Shown: positions 1-14,899 of the stretch, piece after piece
How positions within the stretch are numbered: position 1 is the stretch's first letter
Layout: every line of letters starts with the position of its first letter
Source of the DNA: Eledone cirrhosa
Lineage: Eukaryota
NCBI GenBank assembly: GCA_964016885.1
Contig: OZ024756.1
Coordinates: 43,152,001 to 43,216,000 of the forward strand
DNA length: 64,000 nucleotides
Direction of reading: 5' to 3'
The notes under the pieces: generated by a model
What the model saw: only the letters and a program-made list of their open reading frames with translations
Database searches by the model: none
What the model was told of the DNA's origin: nothing
Position numbers and translations under genes: made by a program

Positions 1-362
1 CTAGAGTCAGACATTGGACACACACTAGAGACAGACATTGGACACACACTAGAGACAGACATTGGACATACACTAGAGACAGACATTGGACACATACTAG
101 AAACAGACATTGGACACACACTAGAGACAGACATTGGACACACACTAGAGACAGACATTGGACACACACTAGAGACAGACATTGGACACACACTAGAGAC
201 AGACATTAGACACACACTAGAGACAGACATTGGACACACACTAGAAACAGACATTGGACACACACTAGAAACAGACATTGGACACACACTAGAGATAAAC
301 ATTAGACACGCACTAGAGACAGACATTGGACACACACTAGAGACAGACATTGGACACACACA

Positions 363-1755
363 CGAAATACGGACATTGGACACACACTAGAGACAGACGT
401 TAGACACACTAGAGACAGACATTGGACACACACTAGAGACAGACATTGGACACACACTAGAGACAGACATTGGACACACACCAGAGACAGACATTAGACA
501 CACACTAGAGACAGACATTGTACACACACTAGAGACAGACATTGGACACACACGAGAGACAGACATTAGACACACACTAGAGACAGACATTGGACACACA
601 CTGGAGACAGACATTAGACACTCACTAGAGACAGACATTGGACACACACTAGATACAGATATTGGACACACACTAGAGACAGACATTGGACATACACTAG
701 AGACAGACATTGGACACACACTAGAGACAGACATTAGACACGCACTAGAGACAGACATTGGACACACACTAGAGACAGACATTGGACACACACACGAAAT
801 ACGGACATTGGACACACACTAGAGACAGACATTAGACACACACTAGAGACAGCCATTGGACACACACTAGAGACAGACATCGGACACACACTAGAGACAG
901 ACATTAGACACACACTAGAGACAGACATTGGACACACTAGAGACAGACATTGGACACACACTAGAGACAGACATTGGACACACACTAGAGACAGACATTG
1001 GACACACACTAGAGACAGGCATTGGACACACACTAAAGAGAGACATGGGACACGCACTAGAGACAGACATTGGACACACACTAGAGACTGACATTAGACA
1101 CACACTAGAGACAGACATTGTACACACACTAGAGACAGACATTGGACACACACTAGAGACAGACATTAGACACGCACTAGAGACAGACATTGGACACACA
1201 CTAGAGACAGACATTGGACACACACACGAAATACGGACATTGGACACACACTAGAGACAGACATTAGACACACACTAGAGACAGCCATTGGACACACACT
1301 AGAGACAGACATTGGACACACACTAGAGACAGACATTAGACACACACTAGAGACAGACATTGGACACACTAGAGACAGACATTGGACACACACTAGAGAC
1401 AGACATTGGACACATACTAGAAACAGACATTGGACACACACTAGAGACAGACATTGGACACACACTAGAGACAGACATTGGACACACACTAGAGACAGGC
1501 ATTGGACACACACTAAAGAGAGACATTGGACACGCACTAGAGACAGACATTGGACACACACTAGAGACTGACATTAGACACACATTAGAGACAGACATTG
1601 TACACACACTAGAGACAGACATTGGACACACACTAGAGACAGACATTGGACACACACTAGAGATAAACATTCGACACGCACTAGAGACAGACATTGGACA
1701 CACACTAGAGACAGACATTGGACACACACACGAAATACGGACATTGGACACACAC
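363..1755 (+). repeat. Local higher-order repeat of 18-21 monomers marked by the CGAAATACGG variant unit
   Basis: CGAAATACGG occurs at 363, 795, 1227 and 1731 (spacings 432, 432, 504). Periods 2 and 3 share ordered variants (CAGCCA, CAGGCA, CTAAAGAGAG, GACTGAC, TGTACA). Confidence 0.85.
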
Positions 1756-3872
1756 TAGAGACGGACATTAGACACACACTAGAGACAGACATTGGACACA
1801 CACTAGAGACAGACATTGGACACACACTAGAGACAGACATTAGTCACACACTAGAGACAGACATTGGACACACACTAGAAACAGACATTGGACACACACT
1901 AGAGACAGACATTTGACACACACTAGAGACTGACATTGGACACACACAAGAGACAGACATTGGACACACACTAGAGACTGACATTGGACACACACAAGAG
2001 ACAGACATTTTACACACACTAGAGAGACACATTGGACACACACTAGAGACAGGCATTGGACACACACTAGAGACAGACATTGGACACACACTAGAGACAG
2101 ATATTGGACACACACTAGAGACAGACATTGGACACACACTAGAGACAGACATTAGACACACACTAGAGACAGACATTGGACACACACTAGAGACAGACAT
2201 TGGACACACACACTAGAAACAGACATTGGACACACACTAGAGACTGACTTTGGACACACACAAGAGACAGACATTTTTCACACACTAGAGAGAGTCATTG
2301 GACACACACTAGAGACAGACATTGGACACACACACTAGAGACAGACATTGGACACACACGAGACACAGACATTAGACACAGACTAGAGACAAACATTGGA
2401 CACACACTGGAGACAGACATTAGACACTCACTAGAGACAGACATTGGACACACACTAGATACAGATATTGGACACACACTAGAGACAGACATTGGACATA
2501 CACTAGAGACAGACATTGGACACACACTAGAGACAGACATTAGACACGCACTAGAGACAGACATTGGACACACACTAGAGACAGACATTGGACACACACA
2601 CGAAATACGGACATTGGACACACACTAGAGACAGACATTAGACACACACTAGAGACAGACATTGGACACACACTAGAGACAGACATTGGACACACACTAG
2701 AGACAGACATTAGACACACACTAGAGACAGACATTGGACACACTAGAGACAGACATTGGACACACACTAGAGACAGACATTGGACACATACTAGAAACAG
2801 ACATTGGACACACACTAGAGACAGACATTGGACACACACTAGAGACAGACATTGGACACACACTAGAGACAGACATTGGACACACACTAGAGACAGACAT
2901 TAGACACACACTAGAGACAGACATTGGACACACACTAGAAACAGACATTGGACACACACTAGAAACAGACATTGGACACACACTAGAGACAGACATTGGA
3001 CACACACTAGAGACGGACATTGGACACACACTAGAGACAGACATTGGAGACACACTAGAGATAGACATTGGACACACACTGGAGACAGACATTAGACACT
3101 CACTAGAGACAGACATTGGACACACACTAGAAACAGACATTTTACACATACTAGAGAGAGACATTGGACACACACTAGAGACAGGCATTGGACACACACT
3201 AGAGACAGACATTGGACACACACTAGAGACAGACATTGGACACACACTAGAGACAGACATTGGTCACACACTAGAGACAGACATTAGACACACACTATAG
3301 ACAGACATTGGACACACACTAGAGACAGACATTGGACACACACACTAGAAACAGACATTGGACACACACTAGAGACTGACATTGGACACACACAAGAGAC
3401 AGACATTTTACACACACTAGAGACTCATTGGACACACACTAGAGACAGACATTGGACACACACACTAGAGACCGACATTGGACACACACGAGAGACAGAC
3501 ATTAGACACACACTAGAGACAGACATTGGACACACACTGGAGACAGACATTAGACACTCACTAGAGACAGACATTGGACACACACTAGATACAGATATTG
3601 GACACACACTAGAGACAGACATTGGACATACACTAGAGACAGACATTGGACACACACTAGAGACAGACATTAGACACGCACTAGAGACAGACATTGGACA
3701 CACACTAGAGACAGACATTGGACTCACACTAGAGACAGACATTGGACACACACTAGAGACAGACATTGGACACACACTAGAGACTGACATTGGACACACA
3801 CTAGAGACAGACATTAGACACACACTAAAGACAGACATTAGACACACACTAGAAACAGACATTGGACACACA

Positions 3873-4376
3873 CTAGAGTCAGACAATGGACAGACACTAG
3901 AGAGAGACATTGGACCCACACACTAGAGACAGAAATTGGACAGACACTAGACTGACAATGGACACACACTAGAGACAGACATTGGGCACACACTAGAAAC
4001 AGACATTGGACACACACTAGAGTCAGACAATGGACAGACACTAGAGAGAGACATTGGACCCACACACTAGAGACAGAAATTGGACAGACACTAGACTGAC
4101 AATGGACACACACTAGAGACAGACATTGGACACACACTAGAGTCAGACAATGGACAGACACTAGAGAGAGACATTGGACCCACACACTAGAAACAGAAAT
4201 TGGACAGACACTAGACTGACATTAGACACACACTAAAGACAGACATTGGACACACACTAGAAACAGACATTGGACACACACTAGAGTCAGACAATGGACA
4301 GACACTAGAGAGAGACATTGGACCCACACACTAGAGACAGAAATTGGACAGACACTAGACTGACAATGGACACACA
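3873..4376 (+). repeat. Four copies of a divergent 96-bp four-monomer cassette (24+26+24+22 bp)
   Basis: CTAGAGTCAGACAATGGACAGACA-CTAGAGAGAGACATTGGACCCACACA-CTAGAGACAGAAATTGGACAGACA-CTAGACTGACAATGGACACACA starts at 3873, 4017, 4137 and 4281, with minor changes in copy 3. Confidence 0.9.
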
Positions 4377-7300
4377 CTAGAGACAGACATTGGGCACACA
4401 CGAGAGACAGACATTGGACACACACTAGAGACAGACATTGGACTCACACTAGAGACAGACATTGGACACACACTAGAGACAGACATTGGACACACACTAG
4501 AGACAGACATTGGACATACACTAGAGAGAGACATTGGACATGCACTAGAGACAGATTGGACACACACACTAGAGACAGACATTAGACACACACTAGAGAC
4601 AGACATTGGACACACACTAGTGACAGACATTGGACACACACACTAGAGAGAGACATTAGACACACACACTAGAGAGAGACATTGGACACACACTAGAGAC
4701 AGACATTGGACACACACTAGAGACTGACATTGGACACACACAAGAGACTGACATTGGACACACACACTAGAGACAGACATTGGACACACACTAGAGACAG
4801 ACATAGGACACACACTAGAGACAGACACAGGACACACACTAGAGACAGACATTGGACACACACTAGAGACAGACTTTGGACACAAACACTAGAGAGAGAC
4901 ATTAGACACACACTAGAGACAGACATTGGACACACACTAGAAACAGACATTGGACACATACTAGAGACAGACATTGGACACACACACTAGAGACAGACAT
5001 TGGACACACACTAGAGACAGACATTGGACACACACTAGAGACTGACATTGGACACACACAAGAGACTGACATTGAACACACACTAAAAACAGACATTGGA
5101 CACACACTAGAGACAGACATTGGACACACACTAGAGACAGGCATTGGTCACACACTAGAGACAGACATTGGACACACACTAGAGACAGACATTGGACACA
5201 CACTATAGACAGACATTAGACACACACTAGTGACAGACATTGGACACACACACTAGAGACAGATATTGGACACACACTAGAGACAGACATTGGACACACA
5301 CTAAAAACAGACATTGGACACAAACTAGAGACAGACATTGGACACACACTAGAGTCAGACATTGGACATACACTAGAGAGAGACATTGGACACGCACTAG
5401 AGACAGACATTGGACATACACACTAGAGACAGACATTAGACACACACTAGAGACAGACATTGGACATACACTAGAGACAGACATTGGACACACACACTAG
5501 AGAGAGACATTAGACACACACACTAGAGAGAGACATTGGACACACACTAGAGACAGACATTGGACACACACTAGAGACAGACATTGGACACACACACTAG
5601 AGACATACATTGGACACACACTAGAGACAGACATAGGACACACACTAGAGACAGACATAGGACACACAATAGAGACAGACATTGGAGACACACTAGAGAC
5701 AGACTTTGGACACACACACTAGAGAGAGACATTAGACACACACTAGAGACAGACATTGGACACACACTAGAAACAGACATTGGACACACACTAGAGACAG
5801 ACATAGGACCCACACTAGAGACAGACATTGGACACACACTAGAGACAGACTTTGGACACACACACTAGAGACAGACATTAGACACACACTAGAGACAGAC
5901 ATTGGACACACACTAGAGACAGACATTGGACACACACTAGAAACAGACAATGGACACACACTAGAGACAGATATTGGACACACACACTAGAGACAGACAT
6001 TGGACACACACGAGAGACAGACATTAGACACACACTAGAAACAGACATTGGACACACACTAGAGACAGACATTGGACACACACTAGCGACAGATATTGGA
6101 GACACACACTAGAGACAGACATTGGACACACACTAGAGACAGACATTGGACACACACTAGAGACAGACATTGGACACACACTAGATACAGACATTGGACA
6201 CACACTAGAAACAGACATTGGACACACACTAGAGACAGACATTGGACACACACTAGAGACAGACATTGAACACACACACTAGAGACAGACATTGGACTCA
6301 CACTAGAAACAGACATTGGACACACACTAGAGACAGACATTGGACACACACTAGAGACAGACATTGGACACACACACTAGAGTCAGACGTTGGACACACA
6401 CTAGAAACAGACATTGGACACACACTAGAAACAGACATTGGACACACACTAGAGACAGACATTGGACACACACACTAGAGACAGACACTGGACACACACT
6501 AGAGACAGACATTGGATACACACTAGAGACAGACATTGGGCACACACTAGAGACAGACATTGGACACACACTAGAGACAGACATTGGACTCACACTAGAG
6601 ACAGACATTGGACACACACTAGAGACAGACATTGGACACACTAAAAACAGACATTGGACACACACTAGAGACAGACATTGGACACACACTAGAGAGAGAC
6701 ATTGGACACGCACTAGAGACAGACATTGGTCACACACACTAGAGACAGACATTAGACACACACTAGAGACAGACATTGGACACACACTAGTGACAGACAT
6801 TGGACACACACACTAGAGAGAGACATTAGACACACACACTAGAGAGAGACATTGGACACACACTAGAGACAGACATTGGACACACACTAGAGACAGACAT
6901 TGGACACACACACTAGAGACAGACATTGGACACACACTAGAGACAGACATTGGACACACACTAGAAACAGACATTGGACACACACTAGAGACAGACATTG
7001 GACACACACACTAGAGACAGACATTGGACACACACGAGAGACAGACATTAGACACACACTAGAGACAGACATTGGACACACACTAGAGACAGACATTGGA
7101 CACACACTAGAGACAGACATTGGACACACACTAGAGACAGACATTGGACACACACACTAGAGACAGACATTGGACACACACGAGAGACAGACATTAGACA
7201 CACACTAGAGACAGACATTGGACACACACTAGAGACAGACTTTGGACACACACTGGAGACAGACATTGGACACACACTAGAGACAGACATTGGACACACA

Positions 7301-7958
7301 CTAGAGACAGACATTGGACACACACTAGAGACCGACATTGGGCACACACTAGAGACAGACATTAGACACACGCTAGAGACAGACATTGGACACACACTAG
7401 AGACAGACATTGGACACACACACTAGAGACAGACATTGGACACACACGAGAGACAGACATTAGACACACACTAGAGACAGACATTAGACACACACTAGAG
7501 ACAGACATTGGACACACACTAGAGACAGACTTTGGACACACACTGGAGACAGACATTGGACACACACTAGAGACAGACATTGGACACACACTAGAGAGAG
7601 ACATTGGACACACACTAGAAACAGACATAGGACACACACTAGAGACAGACATTGGACACACACACTAGAGACAGACATTGGACACACACTAGAGACAGAC
7701 ATTGGACACACACACGAAATACGGACTTTGGACACACACTAGAGACAGACATTAGACACACATTAGAGACAGACATTGGACACACACACTAGAGACAGAC
7801 ATTGGACACACACTAGAGACAGACATTGGACACACACAGAGACAGACATGGGACACACACACTAGAGAGAGACATTGGACACACACTAGAGACAGACATT
7901 GGACACACACTAGAGACAGACATTGGACACACACTAGAAACAGACATTGGACACACAG

Positions 7959-10900
7959 TAGAGACAGACATTAGACACACACTAAAGACGGACATTGGAC
8001 ACACACTAGAAACAGACATTGGACACACACCAGAGACAGACAATGGACACACACTAGAAACAGACATTGGACACACACTAGAGACAGACATTGGACTCAC
8101 ACTAGAGACAGACATTGGACACACACTAGAGACAGACATTGGACACACACTAGAGAGAGACATTGGACACGCACTAGAGACTGACATTGGACACACACTA
8201 GAGACAGACATTGTACACACACTAGAGAGAGACATTGGACACACACTAGAGACAGACATTGGACACACACTAGAGACAGACATTAGACACACACTAAAGA
8301 CGGACATTGGACACACACCTGAAATAGACATTGGACACACACCAGAGACAGACAATGGACACACACTAGAAAAAGACATTGGACACACACTAGAGACAGA
8401 CATTGGACTCACACTAGAGACAGACATTGGACACACACTAGAGACAGACATTGGACACACACTAGAAACAGACATTGGGCACACACTAGAGACAGACATT
8501 GGACACACACACGAGATACGGACATTGGACACTCACTAGAGACAGACATTAGACACACACATTAGAGACAGACATTGGACACACACTAGAGACAGACATT
8601 GGACTCACACTAGAGACAGACATTGGACACACACTAGAGACAGACATTGGACACACACTAGAGACAGACATTGGACACACACTAGAGAGAGACATTGGAC
8701 ACACACTAGAAACAGACATTGGACACACACTAGAGACAGACATTGGACACACACTAGAGACAGACATTGGACACACACTAGAGAGAGACATTGGACACAC
8801 ACTAGAAACAGACATAGGACACACACTAGAGACAGACATTGGACACACACACTAGAGACAGACATTGGACACACACTAGAGACAGACATTGGACACACAC
8901 TAGATAGAGACATTGAACACACACTAGAGACAGACATTGGACACACACTAGAGACAGACATTGGACACACACTAGAGACAGACATTGGACACACACACGA
9001 AATACGGACATTGGACACACACTAGAGACAGACATTAGACACACATTAGAGACAGACATTGGACACACACACTAGAGACAGACATTGGACACACACTAGA
9101 GACAGACATTGGACACACACTAGAGACAGACATTGGACACATACTAGAAACAGACATTGGACACACAGTAGAGACAGACATTAGACACACACTAAAGACG
9201 GACATTGGACACACACTAGAAACAGACATTGGACACACACCAGAGACAGACAATGGACACACACTAGAAACAGACATTGGAAACACACTAGAGACAGACA
9301 TTGGACTCACACTAGAGACAGACATTGGACACACACTAGAGACAGACATTGGACACACACTAGAGACTGACATTGGACACACACTAGAGACAGACATTAG
9401 ACACACACTAAAGACAGACATTGGACACACACTAGAAACAGACATTGGACACACACTAGAGTCAGACATTGGACACACACTAGAGACTGACATTGGACAC
9501 ACACTAGAGACAGACATTGTACACACACTAGAGAGAGACATTGGAAACCCACTAGAGACAGACATTGGACACACACTAGAAACACACATTGGACACACAC
9601 TAGAGACAGACATTGGACACACACTAGAGACTGACATTGGACACACACAAGAGACAGACATTGTACACATACTAGAGAGAGACATTGGACACACACTAGA
9701 GACAGGCATTGGACACACACTAGAGACAGACATTGGACACACACTAGAGACTGACATTGGACACACACTAGAGACAGACATTGTACACACACTAGAGAGA
9801 GACATTGGACACACTCTAGAGACAGACATTGGAGACACACTAGAGACAGGCATTGGACACGCACTAGAGAGAGACATTGGACACACAGTAGACACAGACA
9901 TTGGACACACACACTAGTGACTGACATTGGACACACACTAGAGACATACAATGGACACACACAAGAGACAGACATTGGAAGACACTAGAGACAGACATTA
10001 GACACACACTAAAGACGGACATTGGACACACACTAGAAACAGACATTGGACACACACCAGAGACAGACAATGGACACACACTAGAAACAGACATTGGACA
10101 CACACTAGAGACAGACATTGGACTCACACTAGAGACAGACATTGGACACACACTAGAGACAGACATTGGACACACACTAGAGAGAGACATTGGACACGCA
10201 CTAGAGACTGACATTGGACACACACTAGAGACAGACATTGTACACACACTAGAGAGAGACATTGGACACACACTAGAGACAGACATTGGACACACACTAG
10301 AGACAGACATTAGACACACACTAAAGACGGACATTGGACACACACCTGAAATAGACATTGGACACACACCAGAGACAGACAATGGACACACACTAGAAAA
10401 AGACATTGGACACACACTAGAGACAGACATTGGACTCACACTAGAGACAGACATTGGACACACACTAGAGACAGACATTGGACACACACTAGAAACAGAC
10501 ATTGGGCACACACTAGAGACAGACATTGGACACACACACGAGATACGGACATTGGACACTCACTAGAGACAGACATTAGACACACACATTAGAGACAGAC
10601 ATTGGACACACACTAGAGACAGACATTGGACTCACACTAGAGACAGACATTGGACACACACTAGAGACAGACATTGGACACACACTAGAGACAGACATTG
10701 GACACACACTAGAGAGAGACATTGGACACACACTAGAAACAGACATTGGACACACACTAGAGACAGACATTGGACACACACTAGAGACAGACATTGGACA
10801 CACACTAGAGAGAGACATTGGACACACACTAGAAACAGACATAGGACACACACTAGAGACAGACATTGGACACACACACTAGAGACAGACATTGGACACA

Positions 10901-12026
10901 CACTAGAGACAGACATTGGACACACACTAGATAGAGACATTGAACACACACTAGAGACAGACATTGGACACACACTAGAGACAGACATTGGACACACACT
11001 AGAGACAGACATTGGACACACACACGAAATACGGACATTGGACACACACTAGAGACAGACATTAGACACACATTAGAGACAGACATTGGACACACACACT
11101 AGAGACAGACATTGGACACACACTAGAGACAGACATTGGACACACACTAGAGACAGACATTGGACACATACTAGAAACAGACATTGGACACACAGTAGAG
11201 ACAGACATTAGACACACACTAAAGACGGACATTGGACACACACTAGAAACAGACATTGGACACACACCAGAGACAGACAATGGACACACACTAGAAACAG
11301 ACATTGGAAACACACTAGAGACAGACATTGGACTCACACTAGAGACAGACATTGGACACACACTAGAGACAGACATTGGACACACACTAGAGACTGACAT
11401 TGGACACACACTAGAGACAGACATTAGACACACACTAAAGACAGACATTGGACACACACTAGAAACAGACATTGGACACACACTAGAGTCAGACATTGGA
11501 CACACACTAGAGACTGACATTGGACACACACTAGAGACAGACATTGTACACACACTAGAGAGAGACATTGGAAACCCACTAGAGACAGACATTGGACACA
11601 CACTAGAAACACACATTGGACACACACTAGAGACAGACATTGGACACACACTAGAGACTGACATTGGACACACACAAGAGACAGACATTGTACACATACT
11701 AGAGAGAGACATTGGACACACACTAGAGACAGGCATTGGACACACACTAGAGACAGACATTGGACACACACTAGAGACTGACATTGGACACACACTAGAG
11801 ACAGACATTGTACACACACTAGAGAGAGACATTGGACACACTCTAGAGACAGACATTGGAGACACACTAGAGACAGGCATTGGACACGCACTAGAGAGAG
11901 ACATTGGACACACAGTAGACACAGACATTGGACACACACACTAGTGACTGACATTGGACACACACTAGAGACATACAATGGACACACACAAGAGACAGAC
12001 ATTGGAAGACACTAGAGACAGACATT
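7959..12026 (+). repeat. Near-perfect tandem duplication, period 2027 bp
   Basis: Identical ORF translations recur at a constant 2027 offset: 8549/10576, 8605/10632, 8826/10853, 9035/11062, 9397/11424. The match breaks at 7958/9985 and 10000/12027. Confidence 0.93.
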
Positions 12027-14899
12027 GGACACACACTAGAAACAGACATTGGACACACACTAGAGACAAACATTGGACACACACTAGAGAGAGACATTGG
12101 ACACGCACTAGAGACAGACATTGGACACACACACTAGAGACAGACATTAGACACACACTAGAGACAGACATTGGACACACACTAGAGACAGACATTGGAC
12201 ACACCCACTTCAGAGAGATATTGGACACACTCCAGAGATAGACATTGGACACACACTAGAGAGAGACATTGGACACGCACTAGAGACAGACATTGGACAC
12301 ACACTAGAAACAGACATTGGACACACACTAGAGACAAACATTGGACACACACTAGAGAGAGACATTGGACACGCACTAGAGACTGACATTGGACACACAC
12401 TAGAGACAGACATTGTACACACACTAGAGAGAGACATTGGACACACACTAGAGACAGACATTGGACACACACTAGAGACAGACATTAGACACACACTAAA
12501 GACGGACATTGGACACACACCTGAAATAGACATTGGACACACACCAGAGACAGACAATGGACACACACTAGAAACAGACATTGGACACACACTAGAGACA
12601 GACATTGGACTCACACTAGAGACAGACATTGGACACACACTAGAAACAGACATTGGACACACACTAGAGACAGACATTGGACACACACACGAGATACGGA
12701 CATTGGACACTCACTAGAGACAGACATTAGACACACACATTAGAGACAGACATTGGACACACACTAGAGACAGACATTGGACTCACACTAGAGACAGACA
12801 TTGGACACACACTAGAGACAGACATTGGACACACACTAGAGACAGACATTGGACACACACTAGAGAGAGACATTGGACACGCACTAGAGACAGACATTGG
12901 ACACACACACTAGAGACAGACATTAGACACACACTAGAGACAGACATTGGACATACACTAGAGACAGACATTGGACACACACACTAGAGAGAGACATTAG
13001 ACACACACACTAGAGAGAGACATTGGACACACACTAGAGACAGACATTGGACACACACTAGAGACAGACATTGGACACACACACTAGAGACATACATTGG
13101 ACACACACTAGAGACAGACATTGGACACACACTAGAGACAGACATTGGACACACACTAGAGAGAGACATTGGACACACACTAGAAACAGACATAGGACAC
13201 ACACTAGAGACAGACATTGGACACACACACTAGAGACAGACATTGGACACACACTAGATACAGACATTGAACACACACCAGAGACAGACATTGGACACAC
13301 ACTAGAGACAGACATTGGACACACACTAGAGACAGACATTGAACACACACACGAAATACGGACTTTGGACACACACTAGAGTCAGACATTAGACACACAT
13401 TAGAGACAGACATTGGACACACACACTAGAGACAGACATTGGACACACACTAGAGACAGACATTGGACACACACAGAGACAGACATGGGACACACACACT
13501 AGAGAGAGACATTGGACACACACTAGAGACAGACATTGGACACACACTAGAGACAGACATTGGACACACACTAGAAACAGACATTGGACACACAGTAGAG
13601 ACAGACATTAGACACACACTAAAGACGGACATTGGACACACACTAGAAACAGACATTGGACACACACCAGAGACAGACAATGGACACACACTAGAAACAG
13701 ACATTGGACACACACTAGAGACAGACATTGGACTCACACTAGAGACAGACATTGGACACACACTAGAGACAGACATTGGACACACACTAGAGAGAGACAT
13801 TGGACACGCACTAGAGACTGACATTGGACACACACTAGAGACAGACATTGTACACACACTAGAGAGAGACATTGGACACACACTAGAGACAGACATTGGA
13901 CACACACTAGAGACAGACATTAGACACACACTAAAGACAGACATTGGACACACACTAGAAACAGACATTGGACACACACTAGAGTCAGACATTGGACACA
14001 CACTAGAGACTGACATTGGACACACTCTAGAGACAGACATTGTACACACACTAGAGAGAGACATTGGAAACACACTAGAGACAGACATTGGACACACACT
14101 AGAGACAGACATTGGACACACACAGAGACAGACATGGGACACACACACTAGAGAGAGACATTGGACACACACTAGAGACAGACATTGGACACCCACTAGA
14201 GACAGACATTGGACACACACTAGAAACAGACATTGGACACACACTAGAGACAGACATTGGACACACACTAGAGACAGACATTGGACACACACTAGAGACA
14301 GACATTAGACACACACTAGAGACAGACATTGGACACACACTAGAAACACACATTGGACACACACTAGAGACAGACATTGGACACACACTAGAGACTGACA
14401 TTGGACCCACACTAGAGACAGGCATTGGACACACACTAGAGACAGACATTGGACACACACTAGAGACAGACATTAGACACACACTAGAGACAGACATTGG
14501 ACACACACTAGAAACACACATTGGACCCACACAAGAGACAGACATTGTACACATACTAGAGAGAGACATTGGACACACACTAGAGACAGGCATTGGACAC
14601 ACACTAGAGACAGACATTGGACACACACTAGAGACTGACATTGGACACACACTAGAGACAGACATTGTACACACACTAGAGAGAGACATTGGACACACAC
14701 TAGAGACAGACATTGGAGACACACTAGAGACAGGCATTGGACACGCACTAGAGACAGACATTGGACACACACTAGAAACAGACATTGGACACACACTAGA
14801 GACAAACATTGGACACACACTAGAGAGAGACATTGGACACGCACTAGAGACTGACATTGGACACACACTAGAGACAGACATTGTACACACACTAGAGAT

